Assembly: GCA_039024555.1 (NCBI GenBank)
Contig: JBCCQQ010000007.1
Location: 84,491-148,490 of the forward strand
Source: Cyanobacteria bacterium P01_D01_bin.156
GTDB lineage: Bacteria > Cyanobacteriota > Cyanobacteriia > Phormidesmidales > Phormidesmidaceae
Direction: 5' to 3'
DNA length: 64,000 nt
Of the stretch, positions 50,733 through 60,197 are shown piece after piece. How positions within the stretch are numbered: position 1 is the stretch's first letter; each line of letters starts with the position of its first letter. Below the pieces are notes generated by a model. It worked only from the letters and a program-made list of their open reading frames with translations. It did no database searches and had not been told where the DNA came from. The position numbers were made by a program, and so were the translations under genes.

Positions 50733-52055
50733 ATGGGTATGAATAAACTGAAAGTATTATTAATTATTGAACAGTGTAATCCTGCTTGGAACTCAGTGCC
50801 CCTCGAGGGATATCATCTATATGCAGGCATTAGTCGATTTGTTGATGCCACTCTGGTAACTCATAAGCGCAATCAGGAAGAGTTAGAAAAGATACATCCT
50901 GATGCAGATATTCTTTACCTTGAAAACAGCGCTGCTATTAAGCAGTTGGAACAGCTGGGTGAGCGTTTAAGCTTGTATAAGGGGCAAATAATTTGGCCAC
51001 TTCGCAATGCGTTTACATACCCGGTTTATTGGGGATTTAATCGTACTGTTTATAATCGATTTAAGGAGTCAATTGCTCGTGGCGAGTACGATATTGTCCA
51101 TGCGATTACTCCCATGATGCCACGCTATCCTGTAAAAACAGTTAAAGCATGCAGCCAAACTCCCTTTATTCTTGGCCCAGTTAATGGAGGTGTGCCTTTC
51201 CCTGACGGCTTTAAAGAAGTAGGGCGTAAAGAATACTCGTACTTTAATTTTCTTCGTGCCGTAGGCCGAGCAATTATCCCCGGATATCATGCCACCTATA
51301 AAAAGGCAAATTATATTCTGGCAGGCTCAACCTATACGCTTGGCTTAATTAGAAAACTTTTTCCTAAAACTCGTGACAATCAAATAGAACTTTTTTATGA
51401 GAATGGAATTACGAATTCCTTTGTGAGAACTAATGAAGACTTTAACCAAAATAAAAAAGTAAAAGAAGCATCAGCGCACAATAAGGTTAAGTTGTTGTAT
51501 GTAGGGCGTCTTGTTCCTTACAAGGGAGCAGATATGATTTTAGATGCTCTTGATAAACTGGATACATCTGTCAAGGAAAAGATACATCTAACGATAGTCG
51601 GTAAAGGTTCTGAGGAGCAAAAATTAGAAGATCAGGTGAAGCATCTTCATCTTGAGCAGTATGTGCATTTCACAGGCTATGTTGAGCCGTGGCAAACATT
51701 AGAGTACTATCGGAATTCGGATATTTTCTGTTTTCCGTCGGTTCGTGAATTTGGTGGAGCAGTCGTTTTAGAAGCCATGGCCAATGCGTTGCCCTGTATC
51801 GTAGTTGATAATGGTGGTATCGGCGAGTACGTAACAGAGAAGACAGGCTTTAAGATTAGTCCAATTTCTAGAGAATTTGTAGTGCAGAAGATGGCTATTT
51901 ATATTGCTCAGCTGGTTGATGACCATATCATGCGTCATGATATGGCGTATGAGTCACTACAACGTGCTAGAGAATTTACTTGGGATGTAAAAACTCGGAA
52001 AATTGTTGAAGATATTTATCCAAAGGTTTTATCCAAAGTGCCTACTCTTGTCTAG
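50733..52055 (+). CDS. Glycosyltransferase family 4
   Basis: Motifs LLYVGRLVPYKG, DIFCFPSVREFGGAVVLEAMA and GGIGEYV. Confidence 0.92.
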   Translation: MGMNKLKVLLIIEQCNPAWNSVPLEGYHLYAGISRFVDATLVTHKRNQEELEKIHPDADILYLENSAAIKQLEQLGERLSLYKGQIIWPLRNAFTYPVYWGFNRTVYNRFKESIARGEYDIVHAITPMMPRYPVKTVKACSQTPFILGPVNGGVPFPDGFKEVGRKEYSYFNFLRAVGRAIIPGYHATYKKANYILAGSTYTLGLIRKLFPKTRDNQIELFYENGITNSFVRTNEDFNQNKKVKEASAHNKVKLLYVGRLVPYKGADMILDALDKLDTSVKEKIHLTIVGKGSEEQKLEDQVKHLHLEQYVHFTGYVEPWQTLEYYRNSDIFCFPSVREFGGAVVLEAMANALPCIVVDNGGIGEYVTEKTGFKISPISREFVVQKMAIYIAQLVDDHIMRHDMAYESLQRAREFTWDVKTRKIVEDIYPKVLSKVPTLV

Positions 52056-52090
52056 GTATTCGTTCTGGGATAATTTGTTTTTTATCTGTC

Positions 52091-52136
52091 AAGCCAATAA
52101 GCCATGACCTAAATTTAGGTCATGGCTTATTGGCTT
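52091..52136. terminator. 46-bp perfect palindrome between convergent genes (bidirectional terminator or cruciform candidate)
   Basis: AAGCCAATAAGCCATGACCTAAA followed directly by TTTAGGTCATGGCTTATTGGCTT. Confidence 0.7.
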
Positions 52137-52214
52137 AAATCTGTTTTTATATGAAAACGTGATATCACTCAGCTCACTTTAAGTTCAAAACTTTCTCAGT
52201 ATAAAGTGAAGGCA

Positions 52215-52940
52215 TTAATGCTGTGATGCCATGAGTTCAGAAACTGTTTTAAATTGATAGCCTTCTTGTTGTAACTGTTGCAACGCTAATCTGGTTGCAG
52301 TTACAGTTTGGGAGCGATCCGGATCGCCATCGTACATGCCATCATGCATAAGTACAATCGAGCCTGGCTTTACATTACTGACAATAGAATGAGCAATTTT
52401 TTCTGGGCCAGGATTTTCAAAATCTTTTGGATCTACATCCCAGAGAACATTAATCTTTTGTTGACGAGCAAGTTCCCATGGTAATCTGATCCGCTTAAGA
52501 CCATAGGGAGCACGAAAGTGAATAGTTGACTGAACACCCAAATCAGACAGTAAATTATCGGTTTTCTGAATTTCTGAACGAATAGTACTGAGATTTTGAT
52601 TTATCAACTGCTTATGGGAATATGAATGATTTCCTAATTCATGCCCTTCAGCAATCATACGTCGAGTTATTTCAAGATTATCCTGGATATGTTCTCCAAC
52701 AGCAAAAAATGTTGCTTTTGCATCAAACTCATTAAGTACATCAAGCAAGCTATTCGTATATGGAGCATTTGGTCCATCATCATAGGTTAATGCGACTACT
52801 TTCTCTTTGGTATTCACCCGAGAAATCATTTTTCCAAATATTTGGAACTTATATGATGTTGACAACCATTTTAGAGAATAGCGAATTAAAAATATTAATA
52901 ATGTACTAGAAATCGCTAAAAGCGCTATAGCAAGGTTCAT
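52215..52940 (-). CDS. Polysaccharide deacetylase (CE4/NodB homology) with an N-terminal membrane anchor
   Basis: Motifs TYDDGP, HSYSH, FRAPYG, DPKDF and IVLMHD. Confidence 0.93.
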   Translation of the reverse strand: MNLAIALLAISSTLLIFLIRYSLKWLSTSYKFQIFGKMISRVNTKEKVVALTYDDGPNAPYTNSLLDVLNEFDAKATFFAVGEHIQDNLEITRRMIAEGHELGNHSYSHKQLINQNLSTIRSEIQKTDNLLSDLGVQSTIHFRAPYGLKRIRLPWELARQQKINVLWDVDPKDFENPGPEKIAHSIVSNVKPGSIVLMHDGMYDGDPDRSQTVTATRLALQQLQQEGYQFKTVSELMASQH

Positions 52941-53513
52941 ATAGAAAGAAAATCAGACTGTTCTTATTAGCAATTATAGACAAATAAGCATCTAATGGAC
53001 TAACCAAAACAGTATGAATTACCAATTTATTATGCACCTACTTCTTTGATTTACAAAAAACAAAGATATACCTTTATAAGCACTTATAAAGCCTTGAATT
53101 CTAAATATAAGAATGCGTGAAACTATTTTTAGACCTATCCTAACTAATGAGATACATGAAATTCATTAGCATTCCTAAATTGAAATAATTTTAAATTTAA
53201 GAAAAATTAATCAGTTACAATTAGAACAACTACTGGCGAGAAAAAGTTTGAATTGGGCATACTTTTTAGTAAATGCACATCAAACATTCTTTAAGAGTTC
53301 AGTGTAATAAACAGTAAACCAGATTTTCAATTAGGTTTCTCAGTTCCTTGGATAGGATGAAGACTTCAACCCGGAATTAGAGAGGCTTCTTTAAAGTATC
53401 TTCAAAGAAATAACGCTAACTGTTTTTTTTTATTGTTAGTGCTACTAATGGAAAACTGTTTGTATGTCTTATATTTCTTCTAACTATACCCCTACTGTTA
53501 TCTCTTGATTTTT

Positions 53514-55199
53514 ATGAAAAGAGCTCCTGTTATTGGTATTGGTTTAGATGCAGCTGATCCAACTCTACTAGAACCATGGATGGATCAAGGGCTGCTACCT
53601 AACTTAGATCGTCTTCGTAGGGAAGGCACTTATGGTCGTCTGGCCAATACTGTCCCTTACGCTGGTGATAACGAAGTAGAGTTTTCTTCCACTGAACCAT
53701 CGTGGGTTATCTTTTCTACTGGGTGTTACCCCAGTAAAACAGGATTCTGGGATACGATAGCGTTTTCCCCAGAAGACTACAGTGTTATATGCGACGAAGT
53801 TGATAGCGGTTACGACTATAAGGGTTTTTCTCCCTTCTATGCACTAGGAGACAATTACCGAGTAGCCGCATTTGATATTCCAGTTTCAGCGCTTTGTGAC
53901 CAAGTTAAGGGACTACAAATTTTAGGTTGGGGTGGACATTTTCCATTTGTACCCAGTCACTCTAATCCCCAAGAACTGTTCGGAGAAATTGTTGAAAAGT
54001 ATGGCCGTAACCCAGTGCTACATAATGACAATGGCCGCTGGTGGGATGCCAAATATGTAAATTGGATACAGACTGCGCTCCAAAAGAGTATTGAAAAAAG
54101 AGTAGCTGTTTGTCAAGATTTGCTTCGGCGTGACTCATGGGATTTGTTTTTGACTACGTTTGGCGATACTCACTCGGCAGGGCATGATCTTTATGATCAA
54201 AGTCAACCAGATCATCTATTGCATACGTATCGACGTGGTCAGACTGATCCACTGTTGGCCATTTACAAAAAAGTTGATTGGGCTATTGGTGAAATTCTAT
54301 CGGCAGCGCCAGAAGATGCGACGGTGTTTTGCTATTCAGTTCATGGAATAGGCGCTAACCTGACTGACTTATTGAGCATGTTTTTCCTTGGAGAAATCAT
54401 GTATCGATTTAACTTTCCAGATAGACCTGGCATAGCCCAAGGAGAGCTGGGTAAGGTTCCGTCTTCACCTATCAAAAATCCTATTCGACGTTCCTGGGCA
54501 GATGAAGTTTGGCGTAAAGTTCATGAACCTAATCCTATTAAAAAGCTAATTAATACCTGGGCCCCTAAGAAATGGATGAGTGCGAATAAGTATGGGTTGT
54601 CGTCGCCACGGTTACTACAATCGACTCAACCACAATTGGGGTGGATGCCTGGAATGGCCTATTCCTCGCTATGGCCAGAAATGAAAGCTTTTGCTGTACC
54701 GGCTTTTGCCGACGGTCATATTCGAATTAATTTACAGGGACGAGAGCGAGATGGAAACGTATTGCCTGATGAATATGATGGGTTGTGTCAGGAGATTACG
54801 GCTATGCTGCATGGGTTGACGGATGGTCGTAGTGGCCAACCATTAGTGAAGCAAGTTGTACGTACCCGTCACAACGCATTGGATGATGATCCAACATTAC
54901 CGGATGCAGATTTGGTTGTTGTTTGGAATGAAATCCCTACGGATGTTGTGGATAGTCCTACTCTTGGGCGTATCGGGCCAGTTACCTTCAATCGTCCTGG
55001 CGGTCACCGATCTCGTGGTTTCTTTGTGGGTAAGGGTAAAGGAATCCCAGCTGGCGAAGTCCTTGAGAATGGTCGAGTTGTGGATATAGCACCCACATTC
55101 TTATCGTCTTTAGGTGCACCTATCCCAGAATATTATGATGGCTGCTCATTGTTTTCTTCCTTTTCATCAGAAAAAGCGGAATCGATTTCCATAGCGTAA
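53514..55199 (+). CDS. Alkaline-phosphatase-superfamily enzyme (type I phosphodiesterase / nucleotide pyrophosphatase-like)
   Basis: Motifs IGIGLDAAD, STEPSW...TG.YP.K.G, THSAGH, IRINLQGRE, GGHR..G and VDIAPT. Confidence 0.85.
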   Translation: MKRAPVIGIGLDAADPTLLEPWMDQGLLPNLDRLRREGTYGRLANTVPYAGDNEVEFSSTEPSWVIFSTGCYPSKTGFWDTIAFSPEDYSVICDEVDSGYDYKGFSPFYALGDNYRVAAFDIPVSALCDQVKGLQILGWGGHFPFVPSHSNPQELFGEIVEKYGRNPVLHNDNGRWWDAKYVNWIQTALQKSIEKRVAVCQDLLRRDSWDLFLTTFGDTHSAGHDLYDQSQPDHLLHTYRRGQTDPLLAIYKKVDWAIGEILSAAPEDATVFCYSVHGIGANLTDLLSMFFLGEIMYRFNFPDRPGIAQGELGKVPSSPIKNPIRRSWADEVWRKVHEPNPIKKLINTWAPKKWMSANKYGLSSPRLLQSTQPQLGWMPGMAYSSLWPEMKAFAVPAFADGHIRINLQGRERDGNVLPDEYDGLCQEITAMLHGLTDGRSGQPLVKQVVRTRHNALDDDPTLPDADLVVVWNEIPTDVVDSPTLGRIGPVTFNRPGGHRSRGFFVGKGKGIPAGEVLENGRVVDIAPTFLSSLGAPIPEYYDGCSLFSSFSSEKAESISIA

Positions 55200-55471
55200 T
55201 TTTGACAGGGGTTGTTTACTACTTAGCGATTTTAACAATCCCTTACCGTTTTGATTTCTGCGCTTAGCTATATATCACTGCTCCATGATTATGATCTCGC
55301 TAGAGAAGCTTTAAAGATTTAATAAACTTATGAAGGTTTTAACGGTTTTCTGCAACCTTGTGCCGAAGTTACTTACTTAAAGTAACTTCTTTAGTGAGGG
55401 CTTTTAACACACCCCTATGACGAACTTTTATTAGAAATTAGGGCAAGACTAACTTATTTTCCAGATGCATT

Positions 55472-56461
55472 ATGAATCCAGATATATCGGTTATCATCCC
55501 TGCCTATAACACTGGAACCTATATTAAGAAAGCCATTAACTCGGTTTTGTCTCAAACCTTTGAGAACTTTGAGATAATTGTCGTTGATGATGCTTCAACG
55601 GATGACACAGTCCAAGTTATTAAAACGATAAAAGATAACCGTCTAAAATTAATTTGCCAAAAATACAACCAAGGTGCAGGCGCATCACGCAATCGTGCTC
55701 TTAAGGAGGCGGTAGGAGATTGGATTGCTGTGCTAGATTCCGATGATTGGTATGCACCAGAGAGACTTGAAAAACTTTTAGAATTTGCACAGAAACATCA
55801 AGCAGATATAGTAGCCGATGATTTTTATATCATCGAAGATGGTGAAGCTGTCCCTAGGACAACGATGCTTGAGTATCATAATTCATCAATTAAAGATGTC
55901 CTAAGAATTACCCCAACCTTCTTTGTACTTTCTGATATTGATGGTAGAAAAGGGTTAGAGCTAGGCTTTAGTAAGCCACTCTTTCGTAGAAGTTTCTTGA
56001 TAGAGAATAACATTTTTTACAAGCCAGAAATTACAGTTTCACAGGATTTCTGGCTTGATTTAGACTGTCTTGTTAGAGATGCAAAATTCTTTCTGTTGCC
56101 AGAGCCTTATTACTACTATCTTTCAAGGGAAGGGGCTTTGACGACTAGCACTAACACAATTAAAAGACTCGATGAAGAGTGCGCGGCTGTTCACAAGTTC
56201 TGCCGAGATGAAGCTAATTATTTGAGAGAAAATGTAAAACTTGCTAAGGCATTAAATTTAAAGCTTAGGGAAACTCAAAAGCTTAGGGATTATCATAAAG
56301 TTGTTGACTGCTTAAAACAGAGAAAACTCTTGAAAGCTGGCTTAGAGTCTTTGCAAAGTCCCCTGTTTTATCAAAAAGTTTTATCGGAAATCCCTAAGGT
56401 GATATCTAGATATTTTAAGGCAATTTTTCTGAAAACTAAGATATACAAAAAGTTTAGCTGA
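55472..56461 (+). CDS. Glycosyltransferase family 2, ExoO-like
   Basis: Motifs ISVIIPAYN, VVDDASTD, SRNRAL, AVLDSDDW and LGFSKPLFRRSFL. Confidence 0.88.
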   Translation: MNPDISVIIPAYNTGTYIKKAINSVLSQTFENFEIIVVDDASTDDTVQVIKTIKDNRLKLICQKYNQGAGASRNRALKEAVGDWIAVLDSDDWYAPERLEKLLEFAQKHQADIVADDFYIIEDGEAVPRTTMLEYHNSSIKDVLRITPTFFVLSDIDGRKGLELGFSKPLFRRSFLIENNIFYKPEITVSQDFWLDLDCLVRDAKFFLLPEPYYYYLSREGALTTSTNTIKRLDEECAAVHKFCRDEANYLRENVKLAKALNLKLRETQKLRDYHKVVDCLKQRKLLKAGLESLQSPLFYQKVLSEIPKVISRYFKAIFLKTKIYKKFS

Positions 56462-56553
56462 ATATCTGCAGCGAGTAGGCAGCGCTCAATGCTCAGCTAC
56501 AAGGAGTATTTCTATTGAGACCTTTATTAATTTTCTATTTTTGTTGCTATTAG

Positions 56554-57198
56554 CTAATTTAAAGCTTTTTTGGCAATTTCTGCTTGCTGCTTAATAGCTG
56601 CAGCTTTACGCTCGCTGTGGCGGTCGGTGAGTTCATCTACTTGATCTCGTAACAGCAGGGTAAAACGATAAAGTTCTTCCATCACATCTACGATGCGATC
56701 GCGATAGGCGGATTCTTTCATAGTGCCGTCTTCGTGGAACTCTTGATAAGCCTTGGCTACCGAAGATTGGTTGGGGATGGTAAACATTCGCATCCAACGG
56801 CCCAGAAGTCGCATCGTATTGACTGCATTAAACGATTGCGAACCGCCAGACACCTGCATTACCGCTAGGGTGCGTCCCTGGGTGGGGCGAATGGCTCCCA
56901 TACTCAGGGGAATCCAGTCGATCTGGGTTTTCATTAGCCCAGAAATGTTGCCGTGGAGTTCTGGGCTGGACCATACCTGCCCCTCGGACCACAAGGACAG
57001 CTCCCGTAATTCTTGGACCTTGGGATGGGTATCGGGTTCAGCTCCGTGGAGAGGTAATCCCCGAGGATTAAAAAATTTGACCTCTGCTCCAAAGCCTTCG
57101 ATGATGCCAGCGGCTTCTTCAGCGAGTAGTCGACTGTAGGAGCGTTCGCGGAGAGAGCCGTAGAGAAACAGAATGCGGGGTTTGTGGTCAAAGGCCAT
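56554..57198 (-). CDS. arsH: Arsenical resistance NADPH-dependent FMN reductase ArsH
   Basis: Motifs [45 protein letters not shown] and GRWMRM. Confidence 0.96.
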   Translation of the reverse strand: MAFDHKPRILFLYGSLRERSYSRLLAEEAAGIIEGFGAEVKFFNPRGLPLHGAEPDTHPKVQELRELSLWSEGQVWSSPELHGNISGLMKTQIDWIPLSMGAIRPTQGRTLAVMQVSGGSQSFNAVNTMRLLGRWMRMFTIPNQSSVAKAYQEFHEDGTMKESAYRDRIVDVMEELYRFTLLLRDQVDELTDRHSERKAAAIKQQAEIAKKALN

Positions 57199-57271
57199 GG
57201 GTGAGGAACAGGATATGGACTAGTGAGAAATCTGTAAGAAATAACGTTAACACATAGAGGATTAGCCGAGG

Positions 57272-57892
57272 CTAGCCAGCCGTTAGAGAACTAGCCATGA
57301 TGGAGCATTGGTAACGGAGTTGTTGGTCGCATTGTTTCAGCAGTTCCAGAATGGCCTCTTCCCCTAACGTAGCCAGCTGGGGAGTAATGCTGTAGTAGCG
57401 CTGTAGATGCTCCCGATAAATGGATTTGTATTCCGCTTCTGTGAGATCTGGCTTAACCGGGACGATAAAGTCGTAATCTTCGATGGTTTTGTTTTTACCG
57501 TTGCAATTACCTTCGGTGAGATCCACTCGATAGTTTTCGTAGGCCAGAAAACAATGGACTTGAGGAATAAAGTCAAGGCCATGGGATTGGAGGATGGCAC
57601 TTACTCCGGTAACAATGTCGTCATTGAGGCGATAAAAGCCCAAATGTTTTGAGACAGCTAGGTCATGGGCTTGAGCTAAGCGCGCGATCGCACCATGTTT
57701 AGTAGTGCAGTTACCATAGCCCTCCTCAAATAAGATGACTGAATCCTCACTACTAGAATTCGCACCATAGGGTAGCGCCTTGACCCAAGTACAGGCCGCA
57801 TGAAACGTAGTTAGCTCCCGCCGGAGACATTGTTCAGAGATTGGGTCCTGAGGCAACAGATCAACATTGGGTAAAACACTAATCGAATGCAC
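57272..57892 (-). CDS. Uncharacterised protein with a transglutaminase/papain-like Cys-His-Asp pattern
   Basis: LPYG...GNCTTKH...PQVHCFL...RVDLT. Co-directional between arsP and arsH. Confidence 0.7.
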   Translation of the reverse strand: MHSISVLPNVDLLPQDPISEQCLRRELTTFHAACTWVKALPYGANSSSEDSVILFEEGYGNCTTKHGAIARLAQAHDLAVSKHLGFYRLNDDIVTGVSAILQSHGLDFIPQVHCFLAYENYRVDLTEGNCNGKNKTIEDYDFIVPVKPDLTEAEYKSIYREHLQRYYSITPQLATLGEEAILELLKQCDQQLRYQCSIMASSLTAG

Positions 57893-57992
57893 AATACGTT
57901 CTCCAATTTTTGGTTAACAACAAGACAATGAAAGAAACAGAGTGACCAGACAAGGCGAGATGAACTGCCTGGGGCTTGAGAGTTCGGAATTT

Positions 57993-58035
57993 TGAAGTCG
58001 GAGTTCGGAATTCTAACTTCCGAACTCCGACTTCA
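57993..58035. repeat. Hairpin built from short GAGTTCGGAA-type repeats between arsP and the downstream orf
   Basis: TGAAGTCGGAGTTCGGAA / TTCCGAACTCCGACTTCA 18-bp stem; an additional GAGTTCGGAATT copy at 57980. Confidence 0.7.
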
Positions 58036-58061
58036 CCCCCAGCCGAGAGATGCCAGTCAGG

Positions 58062-59102
58062 TCAAAACAAAACGCTGTAGCTAAGGCCAGCTATGACTGA
58101 ACCTACAAAAGCAAACCCTAGATAGGCCAGAAATACCGGGCGACGGGCCAGGGCAAAAACAGCAATCATTGCCGGAATGCTAGTGGCTCCTCCAGCGAGC
58201 AAGAAGGCCATGCCTGCACCAGGGGCCATGCCCTGATTAACTAAACCTTCCACCAAAGGCAGGGCGGCGTAGCCGTTTAGATAGGCCGGAATTCCCACTA
58301 GGGATGCTCCCACCACAGACCCGACACCACCATTACCGGCAACAGTTTGAATCCAGGCATTGGGTACGTATACCAGCATTAAACTTTCCAGTACAAACGC
58401 TAGAGCCAGCCACTTACCCAGGAACCAAGCGTTGGTGCGCGCACCTTTCCAAAACTTCTGTCGGCGTTCCGCTTCGGGCCAGAATTTCCAAACTACCGGC
58501 TTAGGATTACGCACGCGGCTACCGCCACAGCCACCGTTGCCCACCCCTTCGTGAAGAGGATTAACAAACGCAGCCGTAGAGATGCCAGCATTCATCAGGG
58601 CCAGGGTACCAAAGCCTCCTAGTAAACCAATGGCAACCGTGGCCACAGTTTTAGCGATGGCAAACTGCAGTCCCAGGGTGCCCAAGGTCAAAATAAACAT
58701 GGACGGGTCCATGAGCGGAGAAGAGAGCCAAAATGCCATAACCGCCGAAACCGGCACCCCCATGGTCAGCAGTGCCGCAATCAATGGAATGACACCACAG
58801 GAACAAAACGGAGAAAACGCCCCGAATACCGAAGCCAACACAATCATCACTGAGATGCGTCCCTGGAAAACCTTGGCAATCAGGTTATCCGCACCACTAG
58901 CTTGGGCATAGGCCGCAATCCCGATGGACAGAAGCAAAAAAGGAGCCACGTGCACCAGGCTCTTAACCGTAAAGCCTAGGCTGTCAGACAACTGAGGTGG
59001 CACTAGAATGGCCACCCCTATAAAGATGAGTACGAGGGTTAGAAAAACCTTATCTAGCTGTTGAACACTGCGATTAAAGCGATTGAATACGGTTGATGTC
59101 AT
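58062..59102 (-). CDS. arsP: ArsP/DUF318 permease (organoarsenical efflux family)
   Basis: Motifs FSPFCSCGVIPL, AFWLSSP, GIPAYLN and GMAPGAGMAFLLAG; located next to arsR and arsH. Confidence 0.8.
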   Translation of the reverse strand: MTSTVFNRFNRSVQQLDKVFLTLVLIFIGVAILVPPQLSDSLGFTVKSLVHVAPFLLLSIGIAAYAQASGADNLIAKVFQGRISVMIVLASVFGAFSPFCSCGVIPLIAALLTMGVPVSAVMAFWLSSPLMDPSMFILTLGTLGLQFAIAKTVATVAIGLLGGFGTLALMNAGISTAAFVNPLHEGVGNGGCGGSRVRNPKPVVWKFWPEAERRQKFWKGARTNAWFLGKWLALAFVLESLMLVYVPNAWIQTVAGNGGVGSVVGASLVGIPAYLNGYAALPLVEGLVNQGMAPGAGMAFLLAGGATSIPAMIAVFALARRPVFLAYLGFAFVGSVIAGLSYSVLF

Positions 59103-59118
59103 GGCAGAAGTCCTTTGG

Positions 59119-59140
59119 TAATTCGAGAAATATCAAAATA
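59119..59140 (-). promoter_or_regulatory. Putative ArsR operator upstream of arsP
   Basis: TAATTCGAG-AAAT-ATCAAAATA, the same 9-4-9 architecture as the box at the arsR start. Confidence 0.6.
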
Positions 59141-59184
59141 AACAGTAGCTCGATTCTGGTTGCATGATGTTTGGGCCTTAAAAA

Positions 59185-59562
59185 TTAATCGGGACAATCA
59201 GTGCAGGGTAGCGGTGTTTCGATATCTGATAGGTCTAGAGTTTCAGGGTTAACAACACGATTGCGGGTGCAACATTCCTCAAATAGAAAATCAATCAGAT
59301 GTTTGAGGGTATCGGACTGGACGCTGTACCAAATCCACTGACGATCCTTCTCTGCCCGGACGATGCCTACCTGCCGCAGCTTATCCAAATGGTGGGACAG
59401 AGTTGGAGCCGTAATCCCCAGCTCTCGCTGAATTTCCCCCGCCGGTAGACCTTTGGGGTAGGCGGATAGCAGCAACCGAACGATATTCAGTCGAGAAGGC
59501 TGCCCGAGGGCTGCAAATGTAGCCGCAATTTCTTCAACGGAGCTAGACGTGTGATTTGACAT
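59185..59562 (-). CDS. arsR: ArsR/SmtB repressor with a C-terminal Cys-Cys site and a CxxC tail
   Basis: FAALGQPSRLNIVRLL, GEI...TLSHHL..L wHTH, EECC and PCTDCPD. Confidence 0.92.
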   Translation of the reverse strand: MSNHTSSSVEEIAATFAALGQPSRLNIVRLLLSAYPKGLPAGEIQRELGITAPTLSHHLDKLRQVGIVRAEKDRQWIWYSVQSDTLKHLIDFLFEECCTRNRVVNPETLDLSDIETPLPCTDCPD

Positions 59563-59597
59563 ATTTCGATAATCATCAAAATACTCGATTCTGTCAA
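59562..59597 (-). promoter_or_regulatory. Putative arsR promoter with an operator overlapping the start codon
   Basis: Minus strand reads TTGACA-17nt-GATTAT-6nt-ATG. Imperfect IR TATTTCGAT-AATC-ATCAAAATA at 59562-59583. Confidence 0.6.
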
Positions 59598-59778
59598 GGG
59601 ATGTGGAAAATCGCTAAGCAATCGACCATGGGCAGTCTTAAATATTTGCACTAAGTCGGTTGTGAAGCTCAAACTCACGTTGGGTTCAAAACTCAACGCT
59701 AACTGAGATCTGTCCACTAAAGGGACAAATTGGCCATGAGGCTCTAGCTATAGTACTTTCATGGGTGCAAGATATGGG

Positions 59779-60177
59779 TTATCCCCCAAGTTGAAAAATC
59801 ACTCCCAGGTACTCCCGGTATCCACAGATTTTGTCACCAGCTACATCAAAGGAAATAGCCGCCTGATTCTCATAGGGATGGCCCAACATTATCCCCTCAG
59901 AGCGCACCTCAAACAGTACCGTATTGCCACTGCTCAATGTATGCTCTAGGGACAGGGTCAGTCCTTCAGGAAAGACTTTTGCAACAGAGGCAAAAAAGTC
60001 TGCAGCCCGATCTTTTCCAGAATTGAGACCTTTGAAAGGACCGGCGGGGAACCAAAAGGTGAAATCATCACTTAGGCAGGCTAAAAAGCCTGACCAGTCC
60101 CCCGTGGATAGACCATGGGAAAAGTCTTTGAAGGCAGCTTGTGCTATGCGCATGGTTTCAGAGCTGGCGGATGTCAT
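59779..60177 (-). CDS. NTF2/SnoaL-like protein
   Basis: GDWSGFLACLSDDFTFWFP...VLFEVRSEG...YEN..AISFDV.GDKI.GYREY pattern. Confidence 0.85.
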   Translation of the reverse strand: MTSASSETMRIAQAAFKDFSHGLSTGDWSGFLACLSDDFTFWFPAGPFKGLNSGKDRAADFFASVAKVFPEGLTLSLEHTLSSGNTVLFEVRSEGIMLGHPYENQAAISFDVAGDKICGYREYLGVIFQLGG

Positions 60178-60197
60178 TAGCTCAATGCCTCTTTAAA

